This document shows positions 49,801 through 62,915 of a stretch of DNA of 64,000 bases, one piece after another. Each line of letters opens with the position of its first letter. Position 1 is the first letter of the stretch. The position numbers were made by a program, and so were the translations under genes. The notes beneath the pieces were generated by a model. The model was given only the letters and a program-made list of their open reading frames with translations. It did no database searches and was not told the DNA's origin. Source of the DNA: Nemertoderma westbladi (lineage: Eukaryota; Animalia; Xenacoelomorpha); the NCBI GenBank assembly GCA_032718475.1, contig JAUCBJ010008661.1, positions 66,523 to 130,522 of the forward strand. Direction: 5' to 3'.

Positions 49801-52800
49801 GTGTATGGAGTTCGTGGATCCGTCGATGGGTTCTCGTGTATGGAGTTCGTGGATCAGTGGATGGGTTCTCGTGTATGGAGTTCGTGGATCCTTCGATGGG
49901 TTCTTGTGTATAGAGTTCGTGGATCAGTGGATGGGTTCTCGTGTATGGAGATCGTAGATCAGTGGATGGGTTCTCGTGTATGGAGATCGTAGATCAGTGG
50001 ATGGGTTCTCGTGTATGGAGTTCGTGGATCCGTTGATGGGTTCTCGTGTATGGATTCGTGGATCCGTGGATGGGTTCTCGTGTATGGAGTTCGTGGATCC
50101 GTGGATGGGTACTCGTGTATGGAGTTCGTGGATCCGTGGATGGGTTCTCGTGTATGGAGTTCGTGGATCCGAGGATGTGTTCTCGTGTATGGAGTTTGTG
50201 GATCCGTAGATGGGTTCTCGTGTATGGAGTTCATGGATCCGAGGATGGGTTCTCGTGTATGGAGTTCGTGGATCTGTGGATGGGTTCTCATGTATGGAGT
50301 TCGTGGATCAGTGGATGGGTTCTCGTGTATGGAGTTCGTCGATCCGTGGATGGGTTCTCGTGTATGGAGTTCGTGGATCTGTGGATTGGTTCTCGTGTAT
50401 GGAGTTCGTGGATCCGTAGATGGGTTCTCGTGTATGAATTCGTGGATCCGTGGATGGGTTCTCGTGTATGGAGTTCGTGGATCAGTGGATGGGTTCTCGT
50501 GTATGGAGTTCATGGATCCGTCGATGGGTTCTCGTGTATGGATTCGTGGATCCGTGGATGGGTTCTCGTGTATGGAGTTCGTGGATCCGTAGATGGGTTC
50601 TCGTGTATGGAGTTCTTGGATCTGTGGATGGGTTCTCATGTATGGAGTACGTGGATCAGTGGATGGGTTCTCGTGTATGGAGTTCGTGGATCCGTCGATG
50701 GGTTCTCGTGTTGGAGTTCGTGGATCCGTGGATCCGTGGATGTGTTCTCGTGTATGGAGTTCGTGGATCCATGGATGGGTTCTCGTGTATGGAGTTCGTG
50801 GATCCGTAGATGGGTTCTCGTGTTGGAGTTCGTGGATCCGTGGATCCGTGGATGTGTTCTCGTGTATGGAGTTCGTGGATCCATGGATGGGTTCTCGTGT
50901 ATGGAGCTCGTGGATCCGTAGATGGGTTCTCGTGTATGGAGTTCGTGGATCCGTCGATGGGTTCTCGTGTATGGAGTTCGTGGATCAGTGGATGGGTTCT
51001 CGTGTATGGAGTTCGTGGATCCGTCGATGGGTTCTCGTGTATGGATTCGTGGATCCTTGGATGGGTTCTCGTGTATGGAGTTCGTGGATCCATGGATGGG
51101 TTCTCGTGTATGGAGTTCGTGGATCCGTAGATGGGTTCTCGTGTATGGAGTTCGTGGATCCGTGGATGGGTTCTCGTGTACGGAGTTCGTGGATCCGTGG
51201 ATGGGTTCTCGTATATGGAGTTCGTGGATCCGTCGATGGGTTCTTGTGTATGGAGTTCGTGGATCCGTAGATGGGTTCTCGTGTATGAATTCGTGGATCC
51301 GTGGATGGGTTCTCGTGTATGGAGTTCGTGGATCCGTAGATGGGTTCTCGTGTATGGATTTCGTGGATCCGTGGATGGGTTCTCGTGTATGTAGTTCGTG
51401 GATCAGTGGATGGGTTCTCGTGTATGGAGTTCGTGGATCCTTCGATGGGTTCTTGTGTATGGAGTTCGTGAATCTGCGGATCAGTGGATGGGTTCTCGTG
51501 TATGGAGTTCGTGGATCCTTCTCGTGTATGGTTTGTGGATCCGTAGATGGGTTCTCGCGTATTGTGTTCGTGGATCTGTGGATGCGTTCTCGTATATGGA
51601 GTTCGTGGATCCGTGGATGGGTTCTCGTGTATGGAGTTCGTGGATCTGTGGATGGGTTCTCGTGTATGGAGTTCGTGGATCTGTGGATGGGTTCTCGTGT
51701 ATGGAGTTCGTGGATCCGTGGATGGGTTCTCGTGTATGGAGTTCGTGGATCTGTGGATGGGTTCTCGTGTATTGTGTTTGTGAATCTGTGGATGGGTTCT
51801 CGTGTATGGAGTTCGTGGATCCGTGGATGGGTTCTCGTGTGTGGAGTTCGTGGATCTGTGGATGGGTTCTTATGTATGGAGTTCGTGGATCCTTCTCGTG
51901 TATGGAGTTCGTGGAACTGTGGATGGGTTCTCGTGTATTGTGTTCGTGGATCTGTGGGTGGGTTCTCGTGTATGGAGTTCGTGGATCCGTGGATGGGTTC
52001 TCGTGTATGGAGTTCGTGGATCTGTTGAAGGGTTTTCGTGTACGGAGTTCGTGGTTCCGTGGTAGGTTTCTCGTGTTGGAGTTCGTGGATCTGTGGATGG
52101 GTTCACGTGTATGGAGTTCGTAGATCTGAGGATGGGTTTTCGTGTATGGAGTTCGTGGATCTGTGGATGGGTTCTCGTGTATGGAGTTCGTGGTTCCGTG
52201 GAAGGTGTCTCGTGTTGGAGTTCGTGGATCTGTGGATGGGTTCTCGTGTATGGAGTTCGTGGATCTGTGGATGGGTTCTCGTGTATGGAGTTCGTGGATC
52301 CGTGGATGGGTTCTCGTGTATGGAGTTCGTGGATCTGTTGATGGGTTTTCGTGTACGGAGTTCGTGGATCTGTGGATGGGTTCTCGTGTATGGAGTTCGT
52401 GGTTCTGCGGATGGGTTCTCGTGTTGGAGTTCGTGGATCCGTGGATCCGTGGATGTGTTCTCGTATATGGAGTTTGTGGATCTGTGGATGGGTTCTCGTG
52501 TATGGAGTTCGTGGTTCCGTGGAAGGTTTCTCGTGTTGGAGTTCGTGGATCTATGGATGGGTTCTCGTGTATGGAGTTCGTGGATCTGTGGATGGGTTCT
52601 CGTGTATGGAGTTCGTGGATCCGTGGATGGGTTCTCGTGTATGGAGTTCGTGGTTCCGTGGAAGGTTTCTCTTGTTGGAGTTCGTGGATCTGTAGATGGG
52701 TTCTCGTGTATTGTGTTTGTGAATCTGTGGATGGGTTCTCGTGTATGGAGTTCGTGGATCCGTGGATGGGTTCTCGTGTGTGGAGTTCGTGGATCTGTGG

Positions 52801-55800
52801 ATGGGTTCTTATGTATGGAGTTCGTGGATCCTTCTCGTGTATGGAGTTCGTGGAACTGTGGATGGGTTCTCGTGTATTGTGTTCGTGGATCTGTGGGTGG
52901 GTTCTCGTGTATGGAGTTCGTGGATCCGTGGATGGGTTCTCGTGTATGGAGTTCGTGGATCTGTTGATGGGTTTTCGTGTACGGAGTTCGTGGATCTGTG
53001 GATGGGTTCTCGTGTATGGAGTTCGTGGATCTGTGGATGGGTTCTCGTGTATGGAGTTCGTGGTTCCGTGGTAGGTTTCTCGTGTTGGAGTTCGTGGATC
53101 TGTGGATGGGTTCACGTGTATGGAGTTCGTAGATCTGTGGATGGGTTTTCGTGTATGGAGTTCGTGGATCTGTGGATGGGTTCTCGTGTATGGAGTTCGT
53201 GGATCTGTGGATGGGTTCTCGTGTTGGAGTTCGTGGATCTGTGGATGGGTTCTCGTGTATGGAGTTCGTGGTTCCGTGGATGGGTTCTCGTGTATGGAGT
53301 TCGTGGTTCCGTGGAAGGTTTCTCGTGTTGGAGTTCGTGGATCTGTGGATGGGTTCTCGTGTATGGAGTTCGTGGTTCCGTGGAAGGTTTCTCGTGTTGG
53401 AGTTCGTGGATCTGTGGATGGGTTCTCGTGTATGGAGTTCGTGGATCTGTGGATGGGTTCTCGTGTATGGAGTTCGTGGATCCGTGGATGGGTTCTCGTG
53501 TATGGAGTTCGTGGATCTGTTGATGGGTTTTCGTGTACGGAGTTCGTGGATCTGTGGATGGGTTCTCGTGTATGGAGTTCGTGGTTCCGTGGTAGGTTTC
53601 TCGTGTTGGAGTTCGTGGATCTGTGGATGGGTTCACGTGTATGGAGTTCGTGGATCTGTGGATGGGTTTTCGTGTATGGAGTTCGTGGATCTGTGGATGG
53701 GTTCTCGTGTATGGAGTTCGTGGTTCCGTGGAAGGTTTCTCGTGTTGGAGTTCGTGGATCTGTGGATGGGTTCTCGTGTATGGAGTTCGTGGATCTGTGG
53801 ATGGGTTCTCGTGTATGGAGTTCGTGGATCCGTGGATGGGTTCTCATGTATGGAGTTCGTGGTTCCGTGGAAGGTTTCTCTTGTTGGAGTTCGTGGATCT
53901 GTAGATGGGTTCTCGTGTATGGAGTTCGTGGTTCCGTGGAAGGTTTCTCGTGTTGGAGTTCGTGGATCTGTGGATGGGTTCTTGTGTATGGAGTTCGTGG
54001 ATCTGTGGATGGGTTCTCGTGTATGGAGTTCGTGGTTCCGTGGAAGGTTTCTCGTGTTGGAATTCGTGGATCTGTGGATGGGTTCTCGTGTATGGAGTTC
54101 GTGGATCTCTGGATGGGTTCTCGTGTATGGAGTTCGTGGTTCCGTGGAAGGTTTCTCGTGTTGGAGTTCGTGGATCTGTAGATGGGTTCTCGTGTATGGA
54201 GTTCGTGGATCTGTGGATGGGTTCTCGTGTATGGAGTTCGTGGTTACGTGGAAGGTTTCTCGTGTTGGAGTTCGTGGATCTGTGGATGGGTTCTCGTGTA
54301 TGGAGTTCGTGGTTCCGTGGAAGGTTTCTCGTGTTGGAGTTCGTGGATCTGTGGATGGGTTCTCGTGTATGGAGTTCGTGGATCTCTGGATGGGTTCTCG
54401 TGTATGGAGTTCGTGGTTCCGTGGAAGGTTTCTCGTGTTGGAGTTCGTGGATCTGTGGATGGGTTCTCGTGTATGGAGTTCGTGGATCTCTGGATGGGTT
54501 CTCGTGTATGGAGTTCGTGGATCTGCGGATGGGTTCTCGTGTATGGAGTTCGTGGTTCCGTGGAAGGTTTCTCGTGTTGGAGTTCGTGGATCTGTGGATG
54601 GGTTCTCGTGTATGGAGTTCGTGGATCTGCGGATGGGTTCTCGTGTATGGAGTTCGTGGTTCCGTGGAAGGTTTCTCGTGTTGGAGTTCGTGGATCTCTG
54701 GATGGGTTCTCGTGTATGGAGTTCGTGGATCTGCGGATGGGTTCTCGTGTATGGAGTTCGTGGTTCCGTGGAAGGTTTCTCGTGTTGGAGTTCGTGGATC
54801 TGTGGATGGGTTCTCGTGTATGGAGTTCGTGGATCTCTGGATGGGTTCTCGTGTATGGAGTTCGTGGTTCCGTGGAAGGTTTCTCGTGTTGGAGTTCGTG
54901 GATCTGTGGATGGGTTCTCGTGTATGGAGTTCGTGGATCTCTGGATGGGTTCTCGTGTATGGAGTTCGTGGATCTGCGGATGGGTTCTCGTGTATGGAGT
55001 TCGTGGTTCCGTGGAAGGTTTCTCGTGTTGGAGTTCGTGGATCTGTGGATGGGTTCTCGTGTATGGAGTTCGTGGATCTCTGGATGGGTTCTCGTGTATG
55101 GAGTTCGTGGATCTGCGGATGGGTTCTCGTGTATGGAGTTCGTGGATCTGTGGATGGGTTCTCGTGTATGGAGTTCGTGGATCCGTGTATGGGTTCTCGT
55201 GTATGGAGTTCGTGGATCTGTGGATGGGTTCTCGTGTATGGAGTTCGTGGATCTCTGGATGGGTTCTCGTGTATGGAGTTCGTGGTTCCGTGGAAGGTTT
55301 CTCGTGTTGGAGTTCGTGGATCTTTGGATGGGTTCTCGTGTATGGAGTTCGTGGATCTGTGGATGGGTTCTCGTGTATGGAGTTCGTGGTTCCGTGGAAG
55401 GTTTCTCGTGTATGGAGTTCGTGGATCTGTGGATGGGTTCTCGTGTCTGGAGTTCGTGGTTCCGTGGAAGGTTTCTCGTGTTGGAGTTCGTGGATCTTTG
55501 GATGGGTTCTCGTGTATGGAGTTCGTGGATCTGTGGATAGGTTCTCGTGTATGGAGTTCGTGGATCTGTGGATGGGTTCTCGTGTATGGAGTTCGTGGAT
55601 CTGTGGATGGGTTCTCGTGTTGGAGTTCGTGGATCCGTGGATCCGTGGATGTGTTCTCGTATATGGAGTTTGTGGATCTGTGGATCCGTGGATGGGTTCT
55701 CGTGTATGGAGTTCGTGGTTCCGTGGAAGGTTTCTCGTGTATGGAGTTCGTGGATCTGTAGATGGGTTCTCGTGTATGGAGTTCGTGGATCTGTGGATGG

Positions 55801-58800
55801 GTTCTCGTGTATGGAGTTCGTGGATCTGTGGATGGGTTCTCGTGTATGGAGTTCGTGGTTCCGTGGAAGGTTTCTCGTGTTGGAGTTCGTGGATCTGTGG
55901 ATGGGTTCTCGTGTATGGAGTTCGTGGATCTCTGGATGGGTTCTCGTGTATGGAGTTCGTGGTTCCGTGGAAGGTTTCTCGTGTTGGAGTTCGTGGATCT
56001 GTAGATGGGTTCTCGTGTATGGAGTTCGTGGATCTGTGGATGGGTTCTCGTGTATGGAGTTCGTGGATCCGTGTATGGGTTCTCGTGTATGGAGTTCGTG
56101 GATCTGTGGATGGGTTCTCGTGTATGGAGTTCGTGGTTCCGTGGAAGGTTTCTCGTGTTGGAGTTCGTGGATCTGTAGATGGGTTCTCGTGTATGGAGTT
56201 CGTGGATCTGTGGATGGGTTCTCGTGTATGGAGTTCGTGGATCTGTGGATGGGTTCTCGTGTATGGAGTTCGTGGATCCGTGGATGGGTTCTCGTGTATG
56301 GAGTTCGTGGATCTGTGGACGGGTTCTCGTGTATGGAGTTCGTGGTTCCGTGGAAGGTTTCTCGTGTTGGAGTTCGTGGATCTGTGGATGGGTTCTCGTG
56401 TATGGAGTTCGTGGTTCCGTGGAAGGTTTCTCGTGTTGGAGTTCGTGGATCTGTGGATGGGTTCTCGTGTATTGAGTTCGTGGTTCCGTGGAAGGTTTCT
56501 CGTGTTGGAGTTCGTGGATCTGTGGATGGGTTCTCGTGTATGGAGTTCGTGGATCTGTGGATGGGTTCTCGTGTATGGAGTTCGTGGATCCGTGGAAGGG
56601 TTCTCGTGTTGGAGTTCGTGGATCCGTGGATCCGTGGATGTGTTCTCGTATATGGAGTTTGTGGATCCGTGGATGGGTTCTCGTGTATGGAGTTCGTGGA
56701 TCTGTGGACGGGTTCTCGTGTATGGAGTTCGTGGATCTGTGGATGGGTTCTCGTGTATGGAGTTCGTGGATCCGTGGAAGGGTTCTCGTGTTGGAGTTCG
56801 TGGATCCGTGGATCCGTGGATGTGTTCTCGTATATGGAGTTTGTGGATCCGTGGATGGGTTCTCGTGTATGGAGTTCGTGGATCTGTGGACGGGTTCTCG
56901 TGTATGGAGTTCGTGGTTCCGTGGAAGGTTTCTCGTGTTGGAGTTCGTGGATCTGTGGACGGGTTCTCGTGTATGGAGTTCGTGGTTCCGTGGAAGGTTT
57001 CTCGTGTTGGAGTTCGTGGATCTGTGGATGGGTTCTCGTGTATTGAGTTCGTGGTTCCGTGGAAGGTTTCTCGTGTTGGAGTTCGTGGATCTGTGGATGG
57101 GTTCTCGTGTATGGAGTTCGTGGATCTGTGGATGGGTTCTCGTGTATGGAGTTCGTGGATCCGTGTATGGGTTCTCGTGTATGGAGTTCGTGGATCTGTG
57201 GACGGGTTCTCGTGTATGGAGTTCGTGGTTCCGTGGAAGGTTTTTCGTGTTGGAGTTCGTGGATCTGTGGATGGGTTCTCGTGTATGGAGTTCGTGGTTC
57301 CGTGGAAGGTTTCTCGTGTTGGAGTTCGTGGATCTGTGGATGGGTTCTCGTGTATTGAGTTCGTGGTTCCGTGGAAGGTTTCTCGTGTTGGAGTTCGTGG
57401 ATCTGTGGATGGGTTCTCGTGTATGGAGTTCGTGGATCTGTGGATGGGTTCTCGTGTATGGAGTTCGTGGATCCGTGTATGGGTTCTCGTGTTGGAGTTC
57501 GTGGATCTGTGGATGGGTTCTCGTGTATGGAGTTCGTGGATCTGTGGATGGGTTCTCGTGTATGGAGTTCGTGGATCCGTGTATGGTTTCTCGTGTTGGA
57601 GTTCGTGGATCTGTGGATGGGTTCTCGTGTATGGAGTTCGTGGATCTTTGGATGGGTTCTCGTGTATGGAGTTCGTGGATCTCTGGATGGGTTCTCGTGT
57701 ATGGAGTTCGTGGTTCCGTGGAAGGTTTCTCGTGTTGGAGTTCGTGGATCTGTGGATGGGTTCTCGTGTATGGAGTTCGTGGATCTGTGGATGGGTTCTC
57801 GTGTATGGAGTTCGTGGTTCCGTGGAAGGTTTCTCGTGTTGGAGTTCGTGGATCTGTGGATGGGTTCTCGTGTATGGAGTTCGTGGATCTGTGGATGGGT
57901 TCTCGTGTATGGAGTTCGTGGTTCCGTGGAAGGTTTCTCGTGTATGGAGTTCGTGGATCTGTAGATGGGTTCTCGTGTATGGAGTTCGTGGATCTTTGGA
58001 TGGGTTCTCGTGTATGGAGTTCGTGGATCTGTGGATGGGTTCTCGTGTATGGAGTTCGTGGTTCCGTGGAAGGTTTCTCGTGTATGGAGTTCGTGGATCT
58101 GTAGATGGGTTCTCGTGTATGGAGTTCGTGGATCTGTGGATGGGTTCTCGTGTATGGAGTTCGTGGATCTGTGGATGGGTTCTCGTGTATGGAGTTCGTG
58201 GTTCCGTGGAAGGGTTCTCGTGTTGGAGTTCGTGGATCCGTGGATCCGTGGATCCGTGGATGTGTTCTCGTATATGGAGTTTGTGGATCTGTGGATGGGT
58301 TCTCGTGTATGGAGTTCGTGGTTCCGTGGAAGGGTTCTCGTGTTGGAGTTCGTGGATCCGTGGATCCGTGGATGTGTTCTCGTGTATGGAGTTCGTGGAT
58401 CTGTGGATGGGTTCTCGTGTATGGAGTTCATGGTTCCGTGGATGGGTTCTCGTGTATGGAGTTCGTGGATCTGTGGATCCGTGGATGGATTCTCGTGTAT
58501 GGAGTTCGTGGATCTGTGGATGGGTTCTCGTGTATGGAGTTCGTGGATCTGTGGATGGGTTCTCGTGTATGGAGTTCGTGGATCTGTGGATGGGTTCTCG
58601 TGTATGGAGTTCGTGGATCTGTGGATGGGTTCTCGTGTATGGAGTTCGTGGATCTGTGGATGGGTTCTTGTGTATGGAGTTCGTGGTTCCGTGGAAGGTT
58701 TCTCGTGTATGGAGTTCGTGGATCTGTGGATGGGTTCTCGTGTATGGAGTTCGTGGATCTGTGGATGGGTTCTCGTGTATGGAGTTCGTGGTTCCGTGGA

Positions 58801-59434
58801 AGGTTTCTCGTGTATGGAGTTCGTGGATCTGTGGATGGGTTCTCGTGTATGGAGTTCGTGGTTCCGTGGAAGGTTTCTCGTGTATGGAGTTCGTGGATCT
58901 GTGGATGGGTTCTCGTGTATGGAGTTCGTGGATCTGTGGATGGGTTCTCGTGTATGGAGTTCGTGGATCTGTGGATGGGTTCTCGTGTATGGAGTTCGTG
59001 GATCTGTGGATGGGTTCTCGTGCATGGAGTTCGTGGATCTGTGGATGGGTTCTCGTGTATGGAGTTCGTGGTTCCGTGGAAGGTTTCTCGTGTATGGAGT
59101 TCGTGGATCTGTGGATGGGTTCTCGTGTATGGAGTTCGTGGATCTGTGGATGGGTTCTCGTGTATGGAGTTCGTGGATCTGTGGATGGGTTCTCGTGTAT
59201 GGAGTTCGTGGATCTGTGGATGGGTTCTCGTGTATGGAGTTCGTGGATCTGTGGATGGGTTCTCGTGTATGGAGTTCGTGGATCTGTGGATGGGTTCTCG
59301 TGTATGGAGTTCGTGGATCTGTGGATGGGTTCTCGTGTATGGAGTTCGTGGTTCCGTGGAAGGGTTCTCGTGTTGGAGTTCGTGGATCCGTGGATCCGTG
59401 GATGTGTTCTCGTATATGGAGTTTGTAGATCCGT
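25865..59434 (+). repeat. 35-bp satellite array, ~33.6 kb (~960 monomers), with higher-order repeats
   Basis: Consensus ATGGAGTTCGTGGATC(T/C)GTGGATGGGTTCTCGTGT. Includes 34-bp deletion variants and variants with an extra 8-bp CCGTGGAT. Confidence 0.99.
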
Positions 59435-60504
59435 TATGAATGAGAAATATCGAATATTGGGGAACGCGTTGGATAGGAAATAATTTATGAATCATTTATG
59501 TATTGGTATTCCTTACATATCCTAATCCTATACATATTTAATGCAATGTTCGAAGGCAACTTCATTTCGTGCTGTTAATAGATGGCATAATAATACTTTA
59601 TAGATGACTTCTTAAATCCCCTTCATTTTTAAAATATGCTTTAACATTCGCAAATGCAATTATATTTAATATCCTTTTGGCTTACATGTGTTCTATTGGT
59701 GGAGTAGTAAGTAGTTAGGAGAGTGTCACCTGCGCCCTCAGCCCATTACTACAGCCGTAAATAAAACTGATTAATCCCTTCCTATTGCTTCTATTATTTA
59801 CCCCATGGCTAAACGGAACTATTGATTTTTAGCAATCAACATCGATGTTCTCTGGAATCTCCAATAGGTAGTTTATAGAAACAATAGAGGTAAAACTCGA
59901 GGTAAATATTATATTCAAATACAGGATTGCTACCTATGAAATCAACCACTAATTAATCGTAAATTTCAACTGATAAAACTTTATAGTCTTCACTGTTTTT
60001 ACTGATTACATTTTTACACCTCATTAATCATGCTAAACCTAAATAAAAGTATGAATATTTACCACATGAGTTCGCTGTAAGTGCAATCCAAATTTCCCAA
60101 GTGAAATGTGTTATAAAATTTATAATGTACTCACTCATAAATGCGGTGTTATTTAATTCGCGGTCTGCATATATGGGGCCGACCTGAAAATAAAATGAGA
60201 ATTTACAAGGCAAGATAATATTTATTTAGTTCCAAGAGTTGTAAAGCCCTAATTAAGTACCTGCCTGTTGGTTTCTCTGGGGGATTTTTGTGCGGATAAG
60301 ATCACATTAGAAATATTTGGCATCCCGTCCATCTTTGTTGCCAGAACAATTCTCTTATGTCATATGAGGCAAATGTTTTTTGTAAATTCAGACAGTTTCC
60401 CTCGAGGGAATCAATATATCATTGCAGCTTCTTTTGAGGTTTTTATGACAAACATATATTTGTGTTCACACTATATAATTATATATAAAACTATATGACG
60501 TAAG

Positions 60505-61999
60505 TGAAATAAAGTGTATCACATACCGTTACAATGAAGTGAAGTGTATCACATACCGTTACAATGAAGTGAAGTGTATCACATACCGTTACAATGAAGT
60601 GAAGTGTATCACATACCGTTACAATGAAGTGAAGTGTATCACATACCGTTACAATGAAATGAAGTGTATCACATACCGTTACAATGAAGTGAAGTGTATC
60701 ACATACCGTTACAATGAAGTGAAGTGTATCACATACCGTTACAATGAAGTGAAGTGTATCACATACCGTTACAATGAAGTGAAGTGTATCACATACCGTT
60801 ACAATGAAGTGAAGTGTATCACATACCGTTACAATGAAGTGAAGTGTATCACATACCGTTACAATGAAGTGAAGTGTATCACATACCGTTACAATGATGT
60901 GAAGTGTATCACATACCGTTACAATGAAGTGAAGTGTATCACATACCGTTACAATGAAGTGAAGTGTATCACATACCGTTACAATGAAGTGAAGTGTATC
61001 ACATACCGTTACAATGATGTGAAGTGTATCACATACCGTTACAATGAAGTGAAGTGTATCACATACCGTTACAATGATGTGAAGTGTATCACATACCGTT
61101 ACAATGAAGTGAAGTGTATCACATACCGTTACAATGAAGTGAAGTGTATCACATACCGTTACAATGAAGTGAAGTGTATCACATACCGTTACAATGAAGT
61201 GAAGTGTATCACATACCGTTACAATGAAGTGAAGTGTATCACATACCGTTACAATGAAGTGAAGTGTATCACATACCGTTACAATGAAGTTAAGTGTATC
61301 ACATACCGTTACAATGATGTGAAGTGTATCACATACCGTTACAATGAAGTGAAGTGTATCACATACCGTTACAATGAAGTGAAGTGTATCACATACCGTT
61401 ACAATGAAGTGAAGTGTATCACATACCGTTACAATGAAGTGAAGTGTATCACATACCGTTACAATGATGTGAAGTGTATCACATACAGTTACAATGAAGT
61501 GAAGTGTATCACATACCGTTACAATGAAGTGAAGTGTATCACATACCGTTACAATGAAGTGAAGTGTATCACATACCGTTACAATGAAGTGAAGTGTATC
61601 ACATACCGTTACAATGATGTGAAGTGTATCACATACCGATACAATGAAATGAAGTGTATCACATACCGTTACAATGAAGTGAAGTGTATCCCATACCGTT
61701 ACAATGAAGTTAAGTGTATCACATACCGTTACAATGAAGTTAAGTGTATCACATACCGTTACAATGAAATAAAGTGTATCACATACCGTTACAATGAAGT
61801 GACGTGTATCACATACCGTTACAATGAAGTGAAGTGTATCACATACCGTTACAATGAAGTTAAGTGTATCACATACCGTTACAATAAAGTGAAGTGTATC
61901 ACATACCGTTACAATGAAGTGAAGTGTATCACATACCGTTACAATGAAGTGAAGTGTATCACATACCGTTACAATGATGTGAAGTGTATCACATACCGT
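60505..61999 (+). repeat. 30-bp minisatellite, ~50 near-identical copies
   Basis: GAAGTGTATCACATACCGTTACAATGAAGT repeated in exact phase with no indels. Confidence 0.99.
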
Positions 62000-62915
62000 C
62001 ATTCGGTCAGGTCATGTATTCTAGGTCATTGATCAAGAAAACTTGCCACCTCCATGCAGCATAAAGGAGGTGCCACCTGTAGCTGCATAGACCCTCTTAC
62101 TAGGGCAAATCTGGTCCTGTAACTAGGACCCCCTTCGTTCTGGGATAAGGACGCCCTTGGTCCTGGATTAATATTATATTTCTTTTTAATCCAGGCCTGG
62201 AGGCCCATAATTAACATAAATTACAAATTACAATAATATAATTATTAGATCACAGCACAATTTAATAGTAAAATATACGTATAATGAATAGAGTCTATTT
62301 CAAAGTTCTAAAAATCCATATTTATCATTTCACGTATTCTGCTTGAAGGGGCTGTCACTTCCGATATTGTTTGCACTAAAATATTTGTAGAACTTTCGAT
62401 GCGTGACCTAAATTTCGTAACTTCGTAATGCTATCACTCCATCGTCATCGTCAACGCTATTTGCATCATGACTAAATAATATATGAACTAACATTTTTTT
62501 TTTTTCTTTTTTTTTTAAAACGTAAACGAAATTTAAAATAAAATTAAAATTGCAATTTCGGCACAATACAATACAGTTACTATTATTAGAAAAATAAACT
62601 TAAAATAAAATTTAAAACTGAAATTTCGGCACATTAAAATAAAGTTACTATTATTAGAAAAATTGCACTGATATATGGCATCGCAGAATATACTCAGGAT
62701 CACTGGCCGACATCACCATAATAAGCCAACCGGTGTACCACATCACGATTCTCTGAGAAAAAGAAGGTAAGAGGCAAAACTAGCTATGCTACTGCTTTCT
62801 CTCCTTTTTTTTTTTGAACAGAACATAAAACGAATAACGCACCCCCTAAAACCATATTACATCAGAACAAAACAAAAATTACAAACAAACGTTCACTGGT
62901 GCAATGATTTTATAA

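Noticed and set aside
25766-59495. Well over a hundred long ORFs on both strands (up to 2110 aa)
   Set aside because: All are translations of the stop-free 35-bp satellite. They overlap in every frame and switch frame at 34-bp and 43-bp variants.
25865-61999. CRISPR array (35-bp and 30-bp repeat lengths)
   Set aside because: Repeats are head-to-tail with no unique spacers, there are no cas genes, and the context is eukaryotic retroelements.
60491-62032. 503-aa and 497-aa ORFs as real genes
   Set aside because: They coincide exactly with the minisatellite, have almost no unique flanking coding sequence and show no synonymous divergence.
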